Source of the DNA: Chiloscyllium plagiosum
Taxonomy: Eukaryota
Assembly: GCF_004010195.1 (NCBI RefSeq)
Contig: NC_057719.1
Coordinates: 7,297,932 to 7,361,931 of the forward strand
Direction of reading: 5' to 3'
DNA length: 64,000 nt
A model generated the notes under the pieces. That model did not search any database and was not told the origin of the DNA. It saw only the letters and a program-made list of their open reading frames with translations. Below are positions 35,980 through 50,767 of this stretch, one piece after another. The translations under genes and the position numbers were made by a program. Positions within the stretch are counted from its first letter, which is position 1; the number at the start of each line of letters is the position of its first letter.

Positions 35980-36420
35980 ATAAGATAACAGCCCATGGTA
36001 TTGGACATAGTAAGCTAGCATGGATAGAGGATTAGCTACCTCATAGAAGACAAAGAGTTGGGATAATGGGGGCATTTTCAGGATGGCAATCCGGAATTAA
36101 TGGAGTTCTACAGAGATCAGTGCTGGGGCCACAATTAATTACCACATATATTCGTGACTTGAGGAAAGTGAATATATTATTGCTATATTTGTGTGTGACA
36201 CAAAAATAGTTGGGAAGGCAAGTAGTAAGAATGATGTAACTAGTCTGAAAAGGGACATGTATATATACAGGTTAAGCACGTGGGCAAAACTTGACAGGCA
36301 GAATATAATGTGTGAAAATGGGACAATTCTTTTCCTTTGCTGGAGAGTTTAGGACCCAAGGGCATAATATTAGGAGAAGGGATTGTCCATTTAAGACAGA
36401 AATTGGGAGGAATTGTCTCT
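35980..36420 (+). mobile_element. Old CR1 RT fragment, the host of the L1 insertion (continues from ~23505-23548)
   Basis: HGIG..LAWIED, GATCAGTGCTGGGGCCAC and DTKIVGK-like motifs. Confidence 0.7.
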
Positions 36421-39400
36421 GAATTAGAATATGAACACAACTATAGAGTTATAGAGTGGCTCATTAAATAACATTTGCATCTTTAAATCACAAGGCTGTG
36501 GAGTCAACTTGGGCACAAAAAACTAGGATGACATTCCCAGGAAAAGTGTTATACTGTCAGCGGAGTTGATAACTCATAGGTGGGCATACAAAATCCTAAG
36601 GCATTATACCAAAAAAGTGAAGGGAAATTCTGGGCAAGATCTATCATTCCACTAGCATCATGTGAAAGAAAATGCTCATTATCAGAATACTCTTTGTAGG
36701 ACCTTTCTGTGTGCAAGTTGATTACTATGTTTCCCACATTATGATAGCACTTCAACTTAAGTACTTAGTTAGCTCTAAGGTGCTTTAATTTATCTTAAGG
36801 TTGTGAAAGACATTGTGAAATATAATTTATTTTATTCCCTCCACGTAGGTACTAACGCATGTTTGTGTGATCCTTTCTACTTTCATCACATCGGTAAACA
36901 TTTGGGGGTGGGGCTCTGTTGTTGAGCCTCCTAAGAGAATTCCAAGCTACATTCAGATCTGGGATTTTCACTGCTGTGCAATGATCAGGCCTTAGCTGAT
37001 TATTACATCCATCTAAGTCTGCACAAAACTCCCCCCCTTCCAGTCTGCTGTCAATAACAAAGTCCACAAACAATGTAACTTGGTACCACACACCTATTTA
37101 CCGACTCCTGATTCAGAGCTATTCTATGCTGATATTTAATGTATATTTGGAGCTGGAAGCTCAGATATCTTAAGAGTTTTGTTACATAATTGGTTTAGAA
37201 ATCCTGAGGCTAGGATTAAGTTCAAATTGAACCACAGTAGCTGGTGAGTCAAGTTCAATCAATGAAATAAATCTGGAATAAAAAGCTGAATTCAAAATTA
37301 GCATTAAACATGCCGGACTGTCATAAAAACCCATTTGGTTCACTGATATATTTTAAGGAAGCAACAATAAGTACATAACTCTAGATCCTAAGCAATGTGG
37401 TTGATTCTTAACTGTCCTCTGGAGTGGTCAAGTATGCAATTCATTTGTATTCAAGATGTGGCTCACCTCCACATTTACAGGGGAAATAAATACCAGTCTT
37501 TGCTAGTGACACCCACATCCTGTCATTGGATTAAAAGAATCCACATTGATTTTGTTTCATGGATAGTGTGATCTATTGCTTTAAATATTGATCAACATTT
37601 TGAAATAGCCTCTACATAATATTTGAATTTTGATTTAACCACAGTAATTTGTTCACTATTTCAGGATTCCTCCTGTTCATATTTTTGTAATGTCATCAGT
37701 ATAGAGCAAACCTGACATTTATTTTCATGTGATATTTGTCATATCTTTCAAATGTATAACTCCTCAAGATGTTGAAAAATGATATTTTACGTGTAAATGC
37801 TGTTGAATAATTGGTTTAGTTAGACACACAAAGTCACAGATCTCATAAAATTCACATTTAGACCTGTTTTCCAGCTTTTGAAACTGTGTTGTAAAAGAAA
37901 AAGGTTAAGCTTGCAAAGGTAATCCATCTTTTCCCAGTCAGATGTGGACTACTGTATTTACCATTTCCAACACTTCTTTCTGTGCTTATCTCAAGTGCCA
38001 CAAGGTGTCAGCATTAGCCCACTAAAGTATGTACATGGGTTTCTGCCAGAGACTTGAGTAGGTCATCAAGACTGACATCTCCAAAAAAAGGCTGGAAATG
38101 CTGATAGCAGATTCAGAATTCTTTCCATACTTTATATCAACCCAATGAAGAAATATTGTTACTCTATTAGATAGAGATTCTTTTGTACTTTTGGGGTCAA
38201 TGAAAAGCTATACAGACAATGCTTATATTTTACAACATTGAAGAGATTGTTTGGAGCAGTAAAATCACCTCAATGTGTTTTATTCACCAGCAACCTCTGC
38301 TTTGTTGTATTTTCCCCTGACTGGCTGAGATATAGGTACCTTTATCCATGGCCATCTCCTTTATGCCATGTGCGATTGTGTAGTTTGTGCTGCCCATGTA
38401 GCATCCTCGGTCCTGGAGGAACACTGTCTAGTTTTTACTGTATCAGTTGTAAATGGTAGAAATTGCAAATAAAAAGCCTCTCTCTCTCTCCCTCTCTAAT
38501 TTCAAAAACCCATATTAGATCCTTGTCTATAAGATGCCAATCAGCTCCTGGTCTCTTAGAAAATTATCTATCCTGACTTTGCATATATATTTCAGTGAGA
38601 ATACTCAGTGAAGTTTGTTGCTGCACCTGGTGGGTTAGTGTGTGAGTGCAATGCCTGAATCTCCATTGGTACGTTAAACAACGACCATATGCATTTATTT
38701 ACTGTCTTTAACATGAAAAAAAAAACACTTGAGCCAAAAAGGTTATGTGAAGCAATGACTAAAAGCTTAGTTAAAGAAAACCCTGATAGAAGGATTTTAA
38801 ACATGAGAGGCTCAAGGGTTTAATCCGGGAATTCCAGCAAAATCTAGCCCTGCAGGGGTCTTTGCAGTTGCAGACATAGTCACCAGAGGGGAGAAGAAGG
38901 GATGCACATGAGGTCAACCAAATTTTTGTTCATGGAGAACCTTGTCTTCAATACTTTTAAAATTTGTAATGATGAATGATCTTTGTTTTGGTTAAGCTGC
39001 AAGAGAACTTCAAGGATAAAGAAGACAAATTCCTTTGGATTGGAATAAAGAGAAGGAAATAATACTTTGGGGTATGAAGCTTTGGTCAAGTCCCATCTAG
39101 ATTTTTGCATCAGGTTCTGGACAGTGTACCTCAGGCTGGATGTATTGGCTTTGAAGGATACAGTTCCATTTGAATGATAACCGGGCTAAAAGTGTTAAAT
39201 TATAAGGACAAGTCTCAATGGACCAGGCTTGTAATCTCTTAAATATAGATGCCACCTAACTGAGGTGTTCAAAATTATTAATGATTCAATTAGATAGAAT
39301 TAAGGAAAATATTTCAACTGATTCAGAATCCAGGATAAAAGGGCATAAATTTGGCATTCGAGCTACAGTAATCAAGGTTCATTAATCGAGTCAGTCACTG

Positions 39401-41699
39401 GATCAGCCACTGAATGGGGCACATACTCAAGGGGCTGAATGGCCTCATCTCTTTCTTAAATTGGAGGTGTCACCTGTCACAATTGGTGGAGAAACTGAAA
39501 AGAAACTTTGTTTTTGTTTTGAACAAGCAAATCTTCCCATAGTTGTAAATCTTGTGATAAAGGACCCACTGTGTTTGGGAAATGGCTGACATACAAGGGA
39601 ATGGAGAAGATGGAACTGTATGTAGGATTCCTGGCTGAAGTGTTTTTTTAGAAACATACACAGTCAAATAGATTGAGGTTTTGCTATTGTTGTTAAAATG
39701 GTTTTTGCTCAGATTTGAACATAACAATGTGTGTGAAATGTCAGTGAGGAAATGCTGGAAATCTGGAGCAGAAGGAGGAAACACCTCCATGATCCAAACT
39801 TTACTTGTCTTTTCTCTCAATCCCTTTTGAAGCAACTGGAGGAAGAGATGTCTTTTGGAGTATTGTTTATTGTTTAAAGGACGCTATCTTCACGTGAATG
39901 TGTTTGCCAAAACTTTTCTTATTTTGTCAAAAGATTCAAGCTGCAAATTGATTAAATTTGACTGTAAACTATCAATTTACTGTCTTGCTCAGATCTGAAG
40001 AGAAAAATGTACTAGTTACTTGGATTATTCTCCTTTGGCAAAAGACTTAAAATTTTGATTTATTATCAATGGATAACTATCATGGGCCTCACAGGTAAGT
40101 TCCTCTCCAAGTTGAGAGCAGGATTTAAATGTACAAATAGTTTTCTACATATATGTGTATATCCCCCAACATGCATGCAGTCACTATGATTCACCTTTTT
40201 AATTTTAGTTTGTAAATCCTTGGCATTGAAAACTGCAGTATCTATTGTAGGGATTTGTTTATGATGCTGTTTGTGGTAAGTCAGCTGGTTTTCCTATTGC
40301 TAAGATGTATGTCCATTTAAGCAGCTAAGTGAATATATCTCGTGACAGTCTTGACTTATACTTTGTGTCAAGAGATTGTGACAGGTACATTCAAAGTAAT
40401 GGTCAGGAAGTATTTCATGTGAAACTCTAATGGAGTAGTAGAATAGATAACTGTGACTCATCATCAATTAAGTTAATTATCTACTATATCGTTACCTGGT
40501 AATTTTCTGTAACTGTGCAATTTATTTATTAGTCACACTGTGCCACCTTGCACACGGAACTATTTTATGTACGAATGTTGATAATGAGTTCTGCACTATT
40601 CAACCACAGAAGCAACACAGTTAACTCCATCCCATGTGTGTCCAGTGTCCACTATGACATTTCAGTGAAAGTCATTGGATGGTTTTTGGGATTTTAACCA
40701 GTTTCCTTCCTCTCTAACACAAAAAGTTGTAGCTGGCAAGTGGGAAGAGGCCATTCAGTCCCTTGAGCCTGTCATTGACTTACGTGTGGCCGATCTGTGC
40801 CTCAATGCCATATACCCAACCTTTTTATATACTCTGTGAAACCCTTACCTGATAATAAGTTATCAGTCAGTTGATAAATTTCAATTGACCCATACTCGCA
40901 GACTGGACTTAAAATATGCTTTGGGTGAAGGAAGTGCTCCCAATTACACTTCTAAATGGCCTAGATCTAATTTGAAGTCCCTATCCCTTATTTCTAATTC
41001 CCCAATACAGGCAACTGTGTGCTTGATTCTCTCAGGCACCTGTGGAACATGAACACTGTTATAAAACACTGAATATTATGATCTGATGGGGTGAAAGGCC
41101 GATTACTCTGCTGTAAATAGTTTTAAATCCTTTTATCATTTGAAAAATCTGGATTACCTAACAACATTCTAAATTCAAGACAATACATGCCTAGTCTATG
41201 AAATTTGTCATCATAACTTGTTGCTCGAAGGACTGGCACACCACTCTTAAGGCTACTACGTTCCAGCTTAGATCAGCTGACTTGGTACAGATCAGAGAAT
41301 GAAACACAATTACAGTACATCCTTGGTCTGAGTGGTTCAGCTATGAATGGATATGGGACATTCAAGTTGAAGCTATACCCTAGGTCTGTTACCCTTGGTG
41401 CACCCTGTCGGGACAACCTGCAGTTATTTTGCTTTGAATGTGTTACTTCACTGCTTTGATTTGGTGTACTGCCATACCAAAAGGTGTCATGCAGATTGAA
41501 CAGATTGCATTTAAACAACCTTGAATGTAGGTGAATAAAAAAGCCAGTGAGTTCCAACCTTTCTATAACAAACAATCATTTGGTAGTATAGAACTTCATC
41601 ATTGCTTTTGTTGAAGCTTTTCATCTCCCGCTCATCTAGGAGTGAAACAATGTTTATACCGGTCAAGAGAAGAGTGCTGATTGATTGGCAAGTGGATTT

Positions 41700-42960
41700 T
41701 GATTGATAGAAGTATAGGAGGAGGCCTTTAGGCCCATTGAGTCTGTATCACCAAAACTATACTGCTACCTGCACAGTCCCACTTCCCTGCACTCGGTGTA
41801 CAGCCTTGAATATTATGATATTTCAAGTGCTCATCCATATACTTTTTAAAAGTGGTGCCTCAACTGCCCTTCTAGATTCCCACCACATTCTGGGTGAAAA
41901 CATTTTTTCTCAAATGCCTTGTAAAACTCCTGCCTTTCACTTTAAAATTATGCCCCCTTGTTTCCTTTTGACTAAGGGGAACAGCTGCTTTCTAGTCACA
42001 TTGTCCATACTCTCATAATCTTATACACCCCTATCAGGTTCCCTTTCAACCTTCTCTGCTCCAAACCTGAGCTTATCCAACTTACCCTGAATCCTATGAG
42101 CTTTTACCTTCTTTATCAATTTCCCATGTGGGACCTTGTCAAAGGCCTTAATGTAATCCATATAAACTACATACGCAAAGGATGGTACGTATATGGAATG
42201 AGCTGCCAGAGGAAGTGGTGGAGGCTCGTACAATTGCAGCATTTAAAAGGCATTTGGATGGGTATATGAATGGGAAGGGTTTGGAGGGATATGGTCAGCA
42301 TGGACATGTTGGACTGAAGGGTTTGGTTCCATGCTGTACATCTCTATGACTCTATGACTCTACATCAACTGCTCAACCCTCATCCAAAAATTTGATCACC
42401 TCCTTCACTAGGTTTGTTAGGCATGACCTTCCTCTAACCAAGCAAAACTGATTATCCCTTACCAAACTTCACCATTCTAAATGGAAATTAATTTACTTCT
42501 TGACTAGTTTCTCCAATAGTTTCCTCTACCACTGATGATAAATTCAATGTTCCCTGGTCTATCTCTATCACTCCTCTTGTAAAGTAGAACTGCATTAGCT
42601 ATCTTCCAGTCCTCTGGCACCTCCCATGTGGCCAGAAACAATTTGAAAATTTTGGTCTAGGCCCCTGAATTTCCTCCCTCGTCTCTGCAGCAGCCTGGTC
42701 TACAACTCATCTGGACCTAGGATTTGTTCACTAAATACCTCCTCACTCTTATATCAATCTGCTCAAGAACTTCACAATCTATCTTCTCGATTTTTTTAAC
42801 TTTCCCAAGTGAACTATTCATTTAATACTTTACCAATGTCCTCCAGCAGTCCCTTGTTCCCCAACAAGCTCTACTCTTCCCCGATTATTCTCTTCCCTAT
42901 AATATCCTTAGTGAATATCTTAGGATTCTCCTTAATCTTGTTGACCAGTATTTTGCTCTC
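41700..42960 (-). mobile_element. Old CR1 fragments with a younger CR1 3' end inserted on + (~42175-42363)
   Basis: VVYMDYIKAFDKVPHGKL on minus; (CTATGACT)n tail at 42344-42362. Confidence 0.7.
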
Positions 42961-43069
42961 CTCATGGAAAATGCACTTATTAATACTGATTGGCAGTTAA
43001 CCTCCAAGGTTAACTGAGAGATTGACTCTGATTTGTCGGGATATTCTCTTTAGAAATTAACCAATGATT

Positions 43070-43210
43070 AATATGCATTTATGTAGCACCTTTCATGTGC
43101 TGAGGATGCCCCAAGCACTTTCAACCAATGAAGAACTCTTTGAAATGTAGTCACTGTTATAGGTAATGCAGTCCCAATTATCATACAGCAAGCTCCCACA
43201 AACAGTAATG
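43070..43210 (-). mobile_element. Ancient SINE 3' part (DeuSINE/SacSINE-like with L2-type tail); related remnants near 6040-6230, 10500-10730 and 36590-36830
   Basis: Minus strand TGTTTGTGGGAGCTTGCTGT...ACAGTGACTACATTTCAAA...GAAAGGTGCTACATAAATGCA; family assigned from memory. Confidence 0.5.
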
Positions 43211-43837
43211 TCTTCACTTATTTATTCTGGTTCATACTTTGTAAGAAAATCTAAAAGGTCTAGTGTTCACTTGTAAATATGTCTGATTTTAAACACATTA
43301 TGCTGTGCTGAACAAGCTAGCTTTACAAAATCAGTGAAATTCTGAGTATTTCAGCTGTGTTGAAAGAAATGGTGTGTGTCAACTAGCTTCCAATCACAAT
43401 TATTAAGTTGTCCTCCCAGCCTCTGTAATCTGTTTGACTGGAAATTCCTGAGGAATATATTTATTTTTCATTCCAGTAAAGAGCATTACTTTTTAATTAA
43501 CTAGCCTTTAATTCCTGGAAACCTCAGGACAATTCAGAAGGGTTTGCAAACCTAATGCATTATCAAATGCAGGATAACAGTTTGGACTCTTACATCCAAT
43601 AAAGAGGAGAGTCCATACCCTTTGAGTGTGAAGCAGTGGCAAACAGTTAACCACCTTTTAAAGCAGACTAACAACTGATATATTCCTCCTTTCAATTCAC
43701 TAGAAACCAATCTTATATGAATAATTAATGGTTTACATTCTTTGAATAGTACGGAAATAAATAATATGCTTCATTTATTAAGCTCTGAAATTCCTCCCCT
43801 AAAGCCCTACTCCTCTCCTTGTCTTTCTCCCTCCCTA

Positions 43838-44600
43838 GAAGGACAAAAGAGGAAGTTATGCATGGAACCACAGGACATGAGAGAGATTCTTAATGAGTAC
43901 TTTGTACCAGTATTCATCAAGGAGAAGGACATGACTGATTTTGAGGTCAGGGATGAGTGTGTGAATACTCGAGACAATGTCAATATATTGAAGGAGGAAA
44001 TTTTGGGTATCCAAAATTACGTTAAGGTAGACAGGTCCACAGGGCCAGATAGGATCTATCTCAGGTTACTGCGAGAGGCAATGCAAGAAATAGCTGGGGC
44101 AGTAGCAGAAATCTTCACATCCTCTTTGACCACAGGCTAGGTTCCAGAGGACTGGAGATTAGCAAATGTTTTTCCATTGTTTGCAAAAGGAAGCAGGGAT
44201 AATCCAGGAAATTATAGGCCAGTAAACCTGATGTCTGTCGTGGGGAAGCTCTTGAAGAAGATATATGCATGTTTGGAAGAAAATGGACTCGTTCGTGACA
44301 GGCAGCATGGTGTTGCATGGGAAATGTCATGTCTAACCAACCTGATTGAATTTTTTGAAGAGGTTACCAAGATATTTGATGAGGGAAGGGCTGCAGATGT
44401 AATTTATATGGTCTTTAGTAAGGCATTTGATAAAGTCCCACATGGCAGATTGGCACAAAAACTGAAATCACAAGGTATTGGGGATGGGCTGGCGAGATGG
44501 ATACAAAACTGGCTTGGTCAGAGAAGACAGAGGCTAACGGTGGAATGGTGTTTTTCAGAATGGAGACCAGTAACTAGTGGCGTTCCACAGGGGTCAGTAT
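43838..44600 (+). mobile_element. CR1 RT internal fragment
   Basis: STGPDRIY, NYRPVNLMSV, SCLTNL, FSKAFDKVPH, SGVPQGSV. Confidence 0.9.
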
Positions 44601-45604
44601 GACTCAGCGAGAATTATCACCATATCTTCCCAAACCCATTTCATGAGCTATAACACCAACACCAATGCCACAAACCCAGCATACCCTCTAAGCTACCTAC
44701 TTACTGAAGGCAACTTACCACTTTTACCACCCTGCACCATCACTTGTGCCAACCACTTTCATTTCAGTCAACCCCTCCCCTTCTCTCATTGCAAGCAAAA
44801 ACAGCCTTCAATATGACAGAAAGAGCCATGACGGGTGGTGAGCTGGCTGATGTTTGGATCCTCAACCCTTACAAGGAGATCCTAACTCTGACCAACCTCA
44901 GTGGCTGGCTGACCACTTAACATAGCAGCAGCCCTGGCTGAAGGCTGTCTCCCTTGACATATCTGAGGACTGCTGATAATCAAGACAAGCTTCCTAGCTT
45001 TAATGTCTGCAAGGCAAAACAGAGGTACTGTGAACCTTTGACTGAGGGGACATAACACAAAAACAGGGATGTTCAAAGTGAATGTGTGGTAATACAGCGA
45101 GCAACCAGGCCTGATATGTAGTATCAGTTTATGAGCAGGGGCTCTGATCCTGTGCAAAAAGTGACCTTACAGCAGCATTTCACTGCTAGTTACTGGTATG
45201 CCCTGAGGTACAGCATTGAAGTAGATGAGACAGACTGGCAAGTTTTGAGAGACTGTATCCATGGGTGATTGTGCATATGGCTGGTGCCCTGGGCCATGCT
45301 CCAACACATTGTTGCCAGCTCTCCAAGATGACAGCATGGAGCAGTAAGCAGTGAGCTGGAGTTGCCATGTATTTCCTTAAACTTTGGTGCCGGGAATTAT
45401 GATGTTGAAGCAAGAGTTTCTTTAAATGCATAAAAAGGAAGGGAGAATCCAAAATTAACATAGGTCCATGAGAAAATGAGTGGAGGAATAATAATGGGGA
45501 CCCAATGGTAGAGGATTTAAATAAGTATTTCGCATTACTTGTCACTGTGGAAGATACCAACCCCATTTCAAAATTCCTAAATATTCAATGGGCAAAAGGA
45601 GAAC

Positions 45605-47810
45605 TATAGAGTCATAGAAATGTACAGCATGGAAACAGACCCTTCGGTCTAACTCGTCCGTGCCAATCAGATATCCTAACCTAATCTTGTCCCATTTGGT
45701 AGCACCTGGCCCATATCCCTCTAAACCCTTTCTATTCATATATCCATCCAGATCACTGTTAAATGCTATAATTGTACCAGCCTCCACCACTTCCTCTGAC
45801 AGCTCATTCCATACAAGCACCACACTCTGTGTGAAAAAGTTGCTCCTTTGGTCCCTTTTATATCTTTCCCCCTCACCCTAAACCTATGCCTTCTAGTTTT
45901 GGACTCCCCCACCCCAGGGAAAAGTCTTTGTTTATTTATCATATTCATGCCCCTCAGGATTTAATAAGCCTCTATAGGTCACCCCTCAGCCTTTCAGGGA
46001 AAACAGCCCCATCCAACTCAGCATCTCCCTATACCTTCCTATATCTCCAATCCTAGAGACGTCCTTGTGAATCCTTTCTGAACCCTTTCAAGTTTCACAA
46101 CATCCTTCCGATGGGAAGGAGACTAGAATTGTACACAATATTCCAACAGTGGCCTAATTAATCTCCTGTACAGCTGCAACATGATCTCCCAACTCTGATA
46201 CTCAATGCACTGACCAATAAAGGAAAGCATACCAAACTCCTTCCTCACTATCCTATCTACCCAGGACTCTACTTTCAAGGAGGTATGAACCTGCACTCCA
46301 AGGTCTCTTTGTTCAGCAATACTCCCCAGGACCTTACCATTAAGTGTATAACTCCTGCTCTGATTTGCTTTTCCAAAATGCAGCACCTTGCATTTATCTA
46401 AATTAAACTCCATCTGCCACTCCTCAGCCCATTGGCTCATCTGATGAAGATCCCATTGTATTCTGAGTTAACCTTCTTTGCTGTCCTCTACACCTCCAAT
46501 TTTGTCTGCAAACTTATTAACTATACCTCCTATGTTCACATCCAAATCATTTATATAACTGATGAAAAACAGTTGATCCAGCACCCATCATTGTGGCCTC
46601 CAGTCTGGAAAGCAACCCTCCACCATCACCCTTTGTCTTCTACCTTCGAGCTTATATCCAAATGGCTAGTTTTCCCTGTATTCCATGAGATCTAACCTTG
46701 CTAACCAGTGTCCCACAAAGAACCTTGTCAAACGCCTTACTGAAGTCCATATAGATCATGTCTACCACTCTGCCCTCATCAATCTACTTTGCTACTTCTT
46801 CAATAAACTCAATCAAGTTCATGAGACATGATTCCCCACGCACAAAGCTATGCTGACTTTCCCTAATCAGTCCTTGCCTTTCCAAATACATGTAAATCCT
46901 GTCCCTCAGGATTTCCTCCAACAACTTGCCCAACACCGATGTCAGGCTCACTGGTCTATAGTTCCCTGGCTTGTCCTTATCACCTTTTTTAAATAGTGGT
47001 ACCACATTAGCCAACCTCAAGTCTTCTGGCACCTCACCTGTGACTATTGATGATACGAATATCTCATAAAGGAATCCAGCAATCACTTCTCTAGCTTCCC
47101 AAAGAGTTCAAGGGTACACCTAATCAAATCCTGGGGATTTATCCACTTTTGTGCATTTGAAGACATCCAGCACCTCCTCCTCTGTAAAATGGCCATTTTT
47201 CAAGATGTCACCATCTATTTCCCTACATTCTATATCTTCCATGTCCTTCTCCACAGTAAACACTGTTGTTTAATATCTCCCCCATCTCCTGCGGCTCCAC
47301 ACATTGGCTGCCTTGCTGATCTTTGAGGGGCGCTATTCTCTCATGAGTTACTCTTTTGTCCTTATTATATTTATAAAATCTCTTTGGATTCTCCTTAACC
47401 CTATTTGCCAAAGCTATCTCATGTCCTCTTTTTGCCCGCCTGATTTCCCTCTTAAGTATACTTCTACTGCCTTTATACTCTTCCAAGGATTCATTCGATC
47501 CATCCTGTCAAACCTGACATATGCTTTTCTTTCTCTTAACCAAAACCTCAATTTCTCTAGATACCCAGCTTTCCCTACAGCTACAAGCCTTTCCTTTCAC
47601 CTTCACAGGAATATACTGTCTCTGGACTCTCGTTATCTCATTTTTGAAGGCTTCCTATTTTCCAGCCGTCCCTTTACCTGTGAACATTTGCCCCCAATCA
47701 GCCTTTGAAAGTGCTTGCCTAATACCGTCAAAATTAGCCTTCCTTCAATTTAGAACTGTAACTTTTAGATCCAGCCTATCCTTTTCTATCACTATTTTAA
47801 AAAATATATA
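45605..47810 (-). mobile_element. ~2.2-kb CR1 ORF2 and 3' UTR
   Basis: KENPKRFYKY, ANVVPLFKKG..PGNYRPVSLTS, WQMEFNLDKCKVLHFG, RPLLEYCVQF; (TAGAGTCA) tail. Confidence 0.92.
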
Positions 47811-48349
47811 CTAATTATTACTAGAGAAAAAGAACTAGGAAAACTAATGGTACTAAAAGCTGATAAGTTCCCTGGACCTGAAGGGATGCATCTTAGGACA
47901 TTACGGAAGTAACTACAAAGATATGGATGCACCGGTAGTCATCTTCCAGGAAGTCATAGATTTTAAAAAGTCCCAAAAGATTGAAAAACTGCAATGTAAC
48001 ACTTTTATGTAAAAGGGAAAGGCGACAAAAAACAGGTAACTATGTAAGTTAGCCTTATGTCCGTTATTGGGAAAATGTTAAGAGTCTATTATAAAGAATG
48101 TAATATTGGAGAATTTAGAAATACATAACATGATCCAGCAGAGTCAACACGGCTTCTTGAAGGGGAACTCATGCTGAAAAGAATTTCTAGAAGTCTTTGA
48201 GGATGTCACAAGCAAGATGGAAAAAAAAGCATAGATGGAATATATTTGGATTTTCAGAAGATGTTTGGGGTAAGATACCACACGTTAGGCTGCATACTAA
48301 GATAAAAGAACCCCTGGTGTTGGAGGCAGAATATTAGCATGGAAATAGG

Positions 48350-48545
48350 CAAAAACCAAAATTGCTGGAGAAACTCAGCAGGTCAGGTAGCAGCTGTGGA
48401 GAGAAAGCAGAATTAACATTTCGGGTCCAGTTCTGAAGAAAGATCACCGAACCTGAAATGTTAACTCTGCTTTCTCTCCAAAGATGCTGCCAGGCCTATT
48501 GAGTTTATCCAGCAATTTCTGTTTTAGTTTCAGATTTCCAGCATA
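48350..48545. mobile_element. Penelope family D fold-back mini-insert with decayed hammerhead near its centre
   Basis: Arms AAATTGCTGGAGAAACTCAGCAGG...TTAACATTTCGGG and CCTGAAATGTTAAC...GAGTTTATCCAGCAATTT are reverse complements; CTGAAGA-A..GAAA at ~48433-48458. Confidence 0.75.
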
Positions 48546-49734
48546 AGTTTTTTGTTTTTTGTTTGTGTTGCATGGATAGAGAATTGGACAAATAGAAGTT
48601 AGACAATTGGGATTAGGGGGGCATTTTCAGGATGGTAACCTGTAATTAGTGTAGTGCCACAAGGATCAGTGTTAGGCCCACAATTATTTACAATATATAT
48701 TAATGTCTTGGATGACAGAAGTGAATGTACCGATGTCAAGTTTGAGGATGACACAAAAATAGCTGCAAAGGCAAATAATTTGGGAACATAAAAACTCTAC
48801 AAGGAAATGTAGACATTTAAGCAAGTTGGCAAAAATTTAGCAAACAAAATATATGTGGGAAATATGAGGTTATGTGCTTTGGCAGGAACAATAGAGGAGC
48901 TGAATATTAATTAAATGGGGAAAAACTGTAGAAAGCTACAGAGCAGAGGGATATGGGCATTCTCATCCATGAATCAAAAAAAGCAAGCATCCAAATCCAG
49001 CAGATATTATGGAAGGCAAATGGAATGTTGGCCTTTATTTCAAAGGAATGGAATAAAGAAGTAGGGAGTTTTATTAAAACTATATAAGGTACTAGTCAGA
49101 CCACAGCTGAAGTTTAGTTTTAAGCCCTTTATCAAAGAAAAGATATGATGGCATTATATATTATCCAGAGAAGGTAAACCGGCATGATCCTTAGTTTGGA
49201 GGGATTGTATTATGAGGAGAGGTTGAGTAGGTTGGATCTAAGAAGTGATCTCATTCAAACATACAAGATTTTTGGGGGACAAAAGAAGGTAGAGGTGGAA
49301 TAGTTGTTCCCCTGTTGGAGACGCTAGGACCAGATGGCATAATTGTACATTTAAAACAGTTGAAGAGGAATTTCTTTCAAATGACTCTGTGGATTTTTTG
49401 CTGCAGTGGGCTGTTGAAACTGCATCATTAAGTACATTCAAGGATGAGATAAATAGATTTTTAATCAGTAAGAAAATTAACAGTTATGGGAGAAAGGTTA
49501 GGAAGTGGAGTTGAGGGTTACCAGAGTAACCATGATCTCATTCAACAGACTGAATAGCCTGTTTCTGCTCTTATGTAATATGGTCTTATTATGGTCTTAT
49601 AGTTTCCTTGTGGTAGGTAGTAGGATAGGAATCTGCATATGAATGAGGTGAGATTCAGTGATAGTGAGGCTGTGAACAAGTGGGAATCTTGCCTCAATAC
49701 TGGAACATAGTTGGAAAATGCAGCTATACAGAAG

Positions 49735-50190
49735 TGTTGAAGATGGGAACAAGAGTAGACCATTTGACCCTCTAGCCTGCTCCACCATTCAATATGATCA
49801 TGGTTGGTCAGCAAGGTCAATACCCTAATCCTGCCCTCCTCCCATTTCTCTTGATCGCTTTAACCACAAGAGCTATACATACACCTTTCTCGAAAGTACA
49901 TAATATTTTGAATTCAGCCATGTTCTGTGGTAGTGAATTTCACAGGCTTAAGGCATCCTGGGTGAAGAAATATCTCCTCATCTCAGTCCTAAAATGTTCA
50001 CCCCTTATCCTTAAAGTATGACCCTTGGTTCTAGACTCACCATCAGGAACATCCTTCCTGCATTTCACCTGTCTATTCCCATTAGAATTTTATAGGTTTC
50101 TATGAGATCCACCCTCAATCTTTTAAATTCCAGTGATTACAATCCTAACCAACTTAATCACTCCTCATAAGTCAATCCGCCATTTGGTAA
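49735..50190 (-). mobile_element. CR1 3' end
   Basis: Similar to 650-1050 and 56835-57200. Confidence 0.75.
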
Positions 50191-50767
50191 ACCTAACAAG
50201 TTGATCCTGATATTGAGATAGGCCTTGCTGGAATTCTCAGATGTTTCTCTCAGATTTCTCACAATATCCCATGTTATTCAGATCCTCATAAGATTCTACC
50301 CCTTGTCTTCAACCAAGCTTTTGGTCACCTGTCCTAATACCTTTCTATTTTGTCTAGTTTTTGTCTGACAATGAACTTACAAAGCACCTTAGGACATTTT
50401 TATTATCTCTGCCTTTCTAAAATATATTGTTATGGTATTCACGAACAGGATTTAGGCATTGCTGGCCGGGCCAGCATTTATTGCAAATTCCTAGTTGTCT
50501 TTGAGAAGGAGGCAGTGAGCTGTCTTCTTAAACTGTTGTAATCCATTTGGTTTATGCATATAAGCCTTTTGGGAGTTCCAGTAATTTGACACTGTGACAC
50601 TGAAGGAATGGCAAGTCAGGATTGTGTGGCTTTGAGGGGAACTTGCATGTGGTGGTGTTCCCATGTATTTGCAGTCCTGTCCTTCTAGCTGGCAGTGATC
50701 ATGTGCTTGGAAGGTGCTGACTAAGGAGCCTTGATGAATTGCTACAGTATATCTACAGTATTGCTAT

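Larger units (their letters stand above)
45410..49590 (+). mobile_element. Old, heavily decayed CR1 ORF2, split by a minus-strand CR1 (45605-47810) and a Penelope hairpin (48350-48545)
   Basis: KADKFPGPEGMH, VPQGSVLGP, IYINVLD, KFEDDTKI remnants and a CR1-type 3' end at ~49500-49590. Confidence 0.7.

Noticed and set aside
41270..41460. ~60-codon open stretch in unique sequence
   Set aside because: No homology recognised and no clear splice sites.
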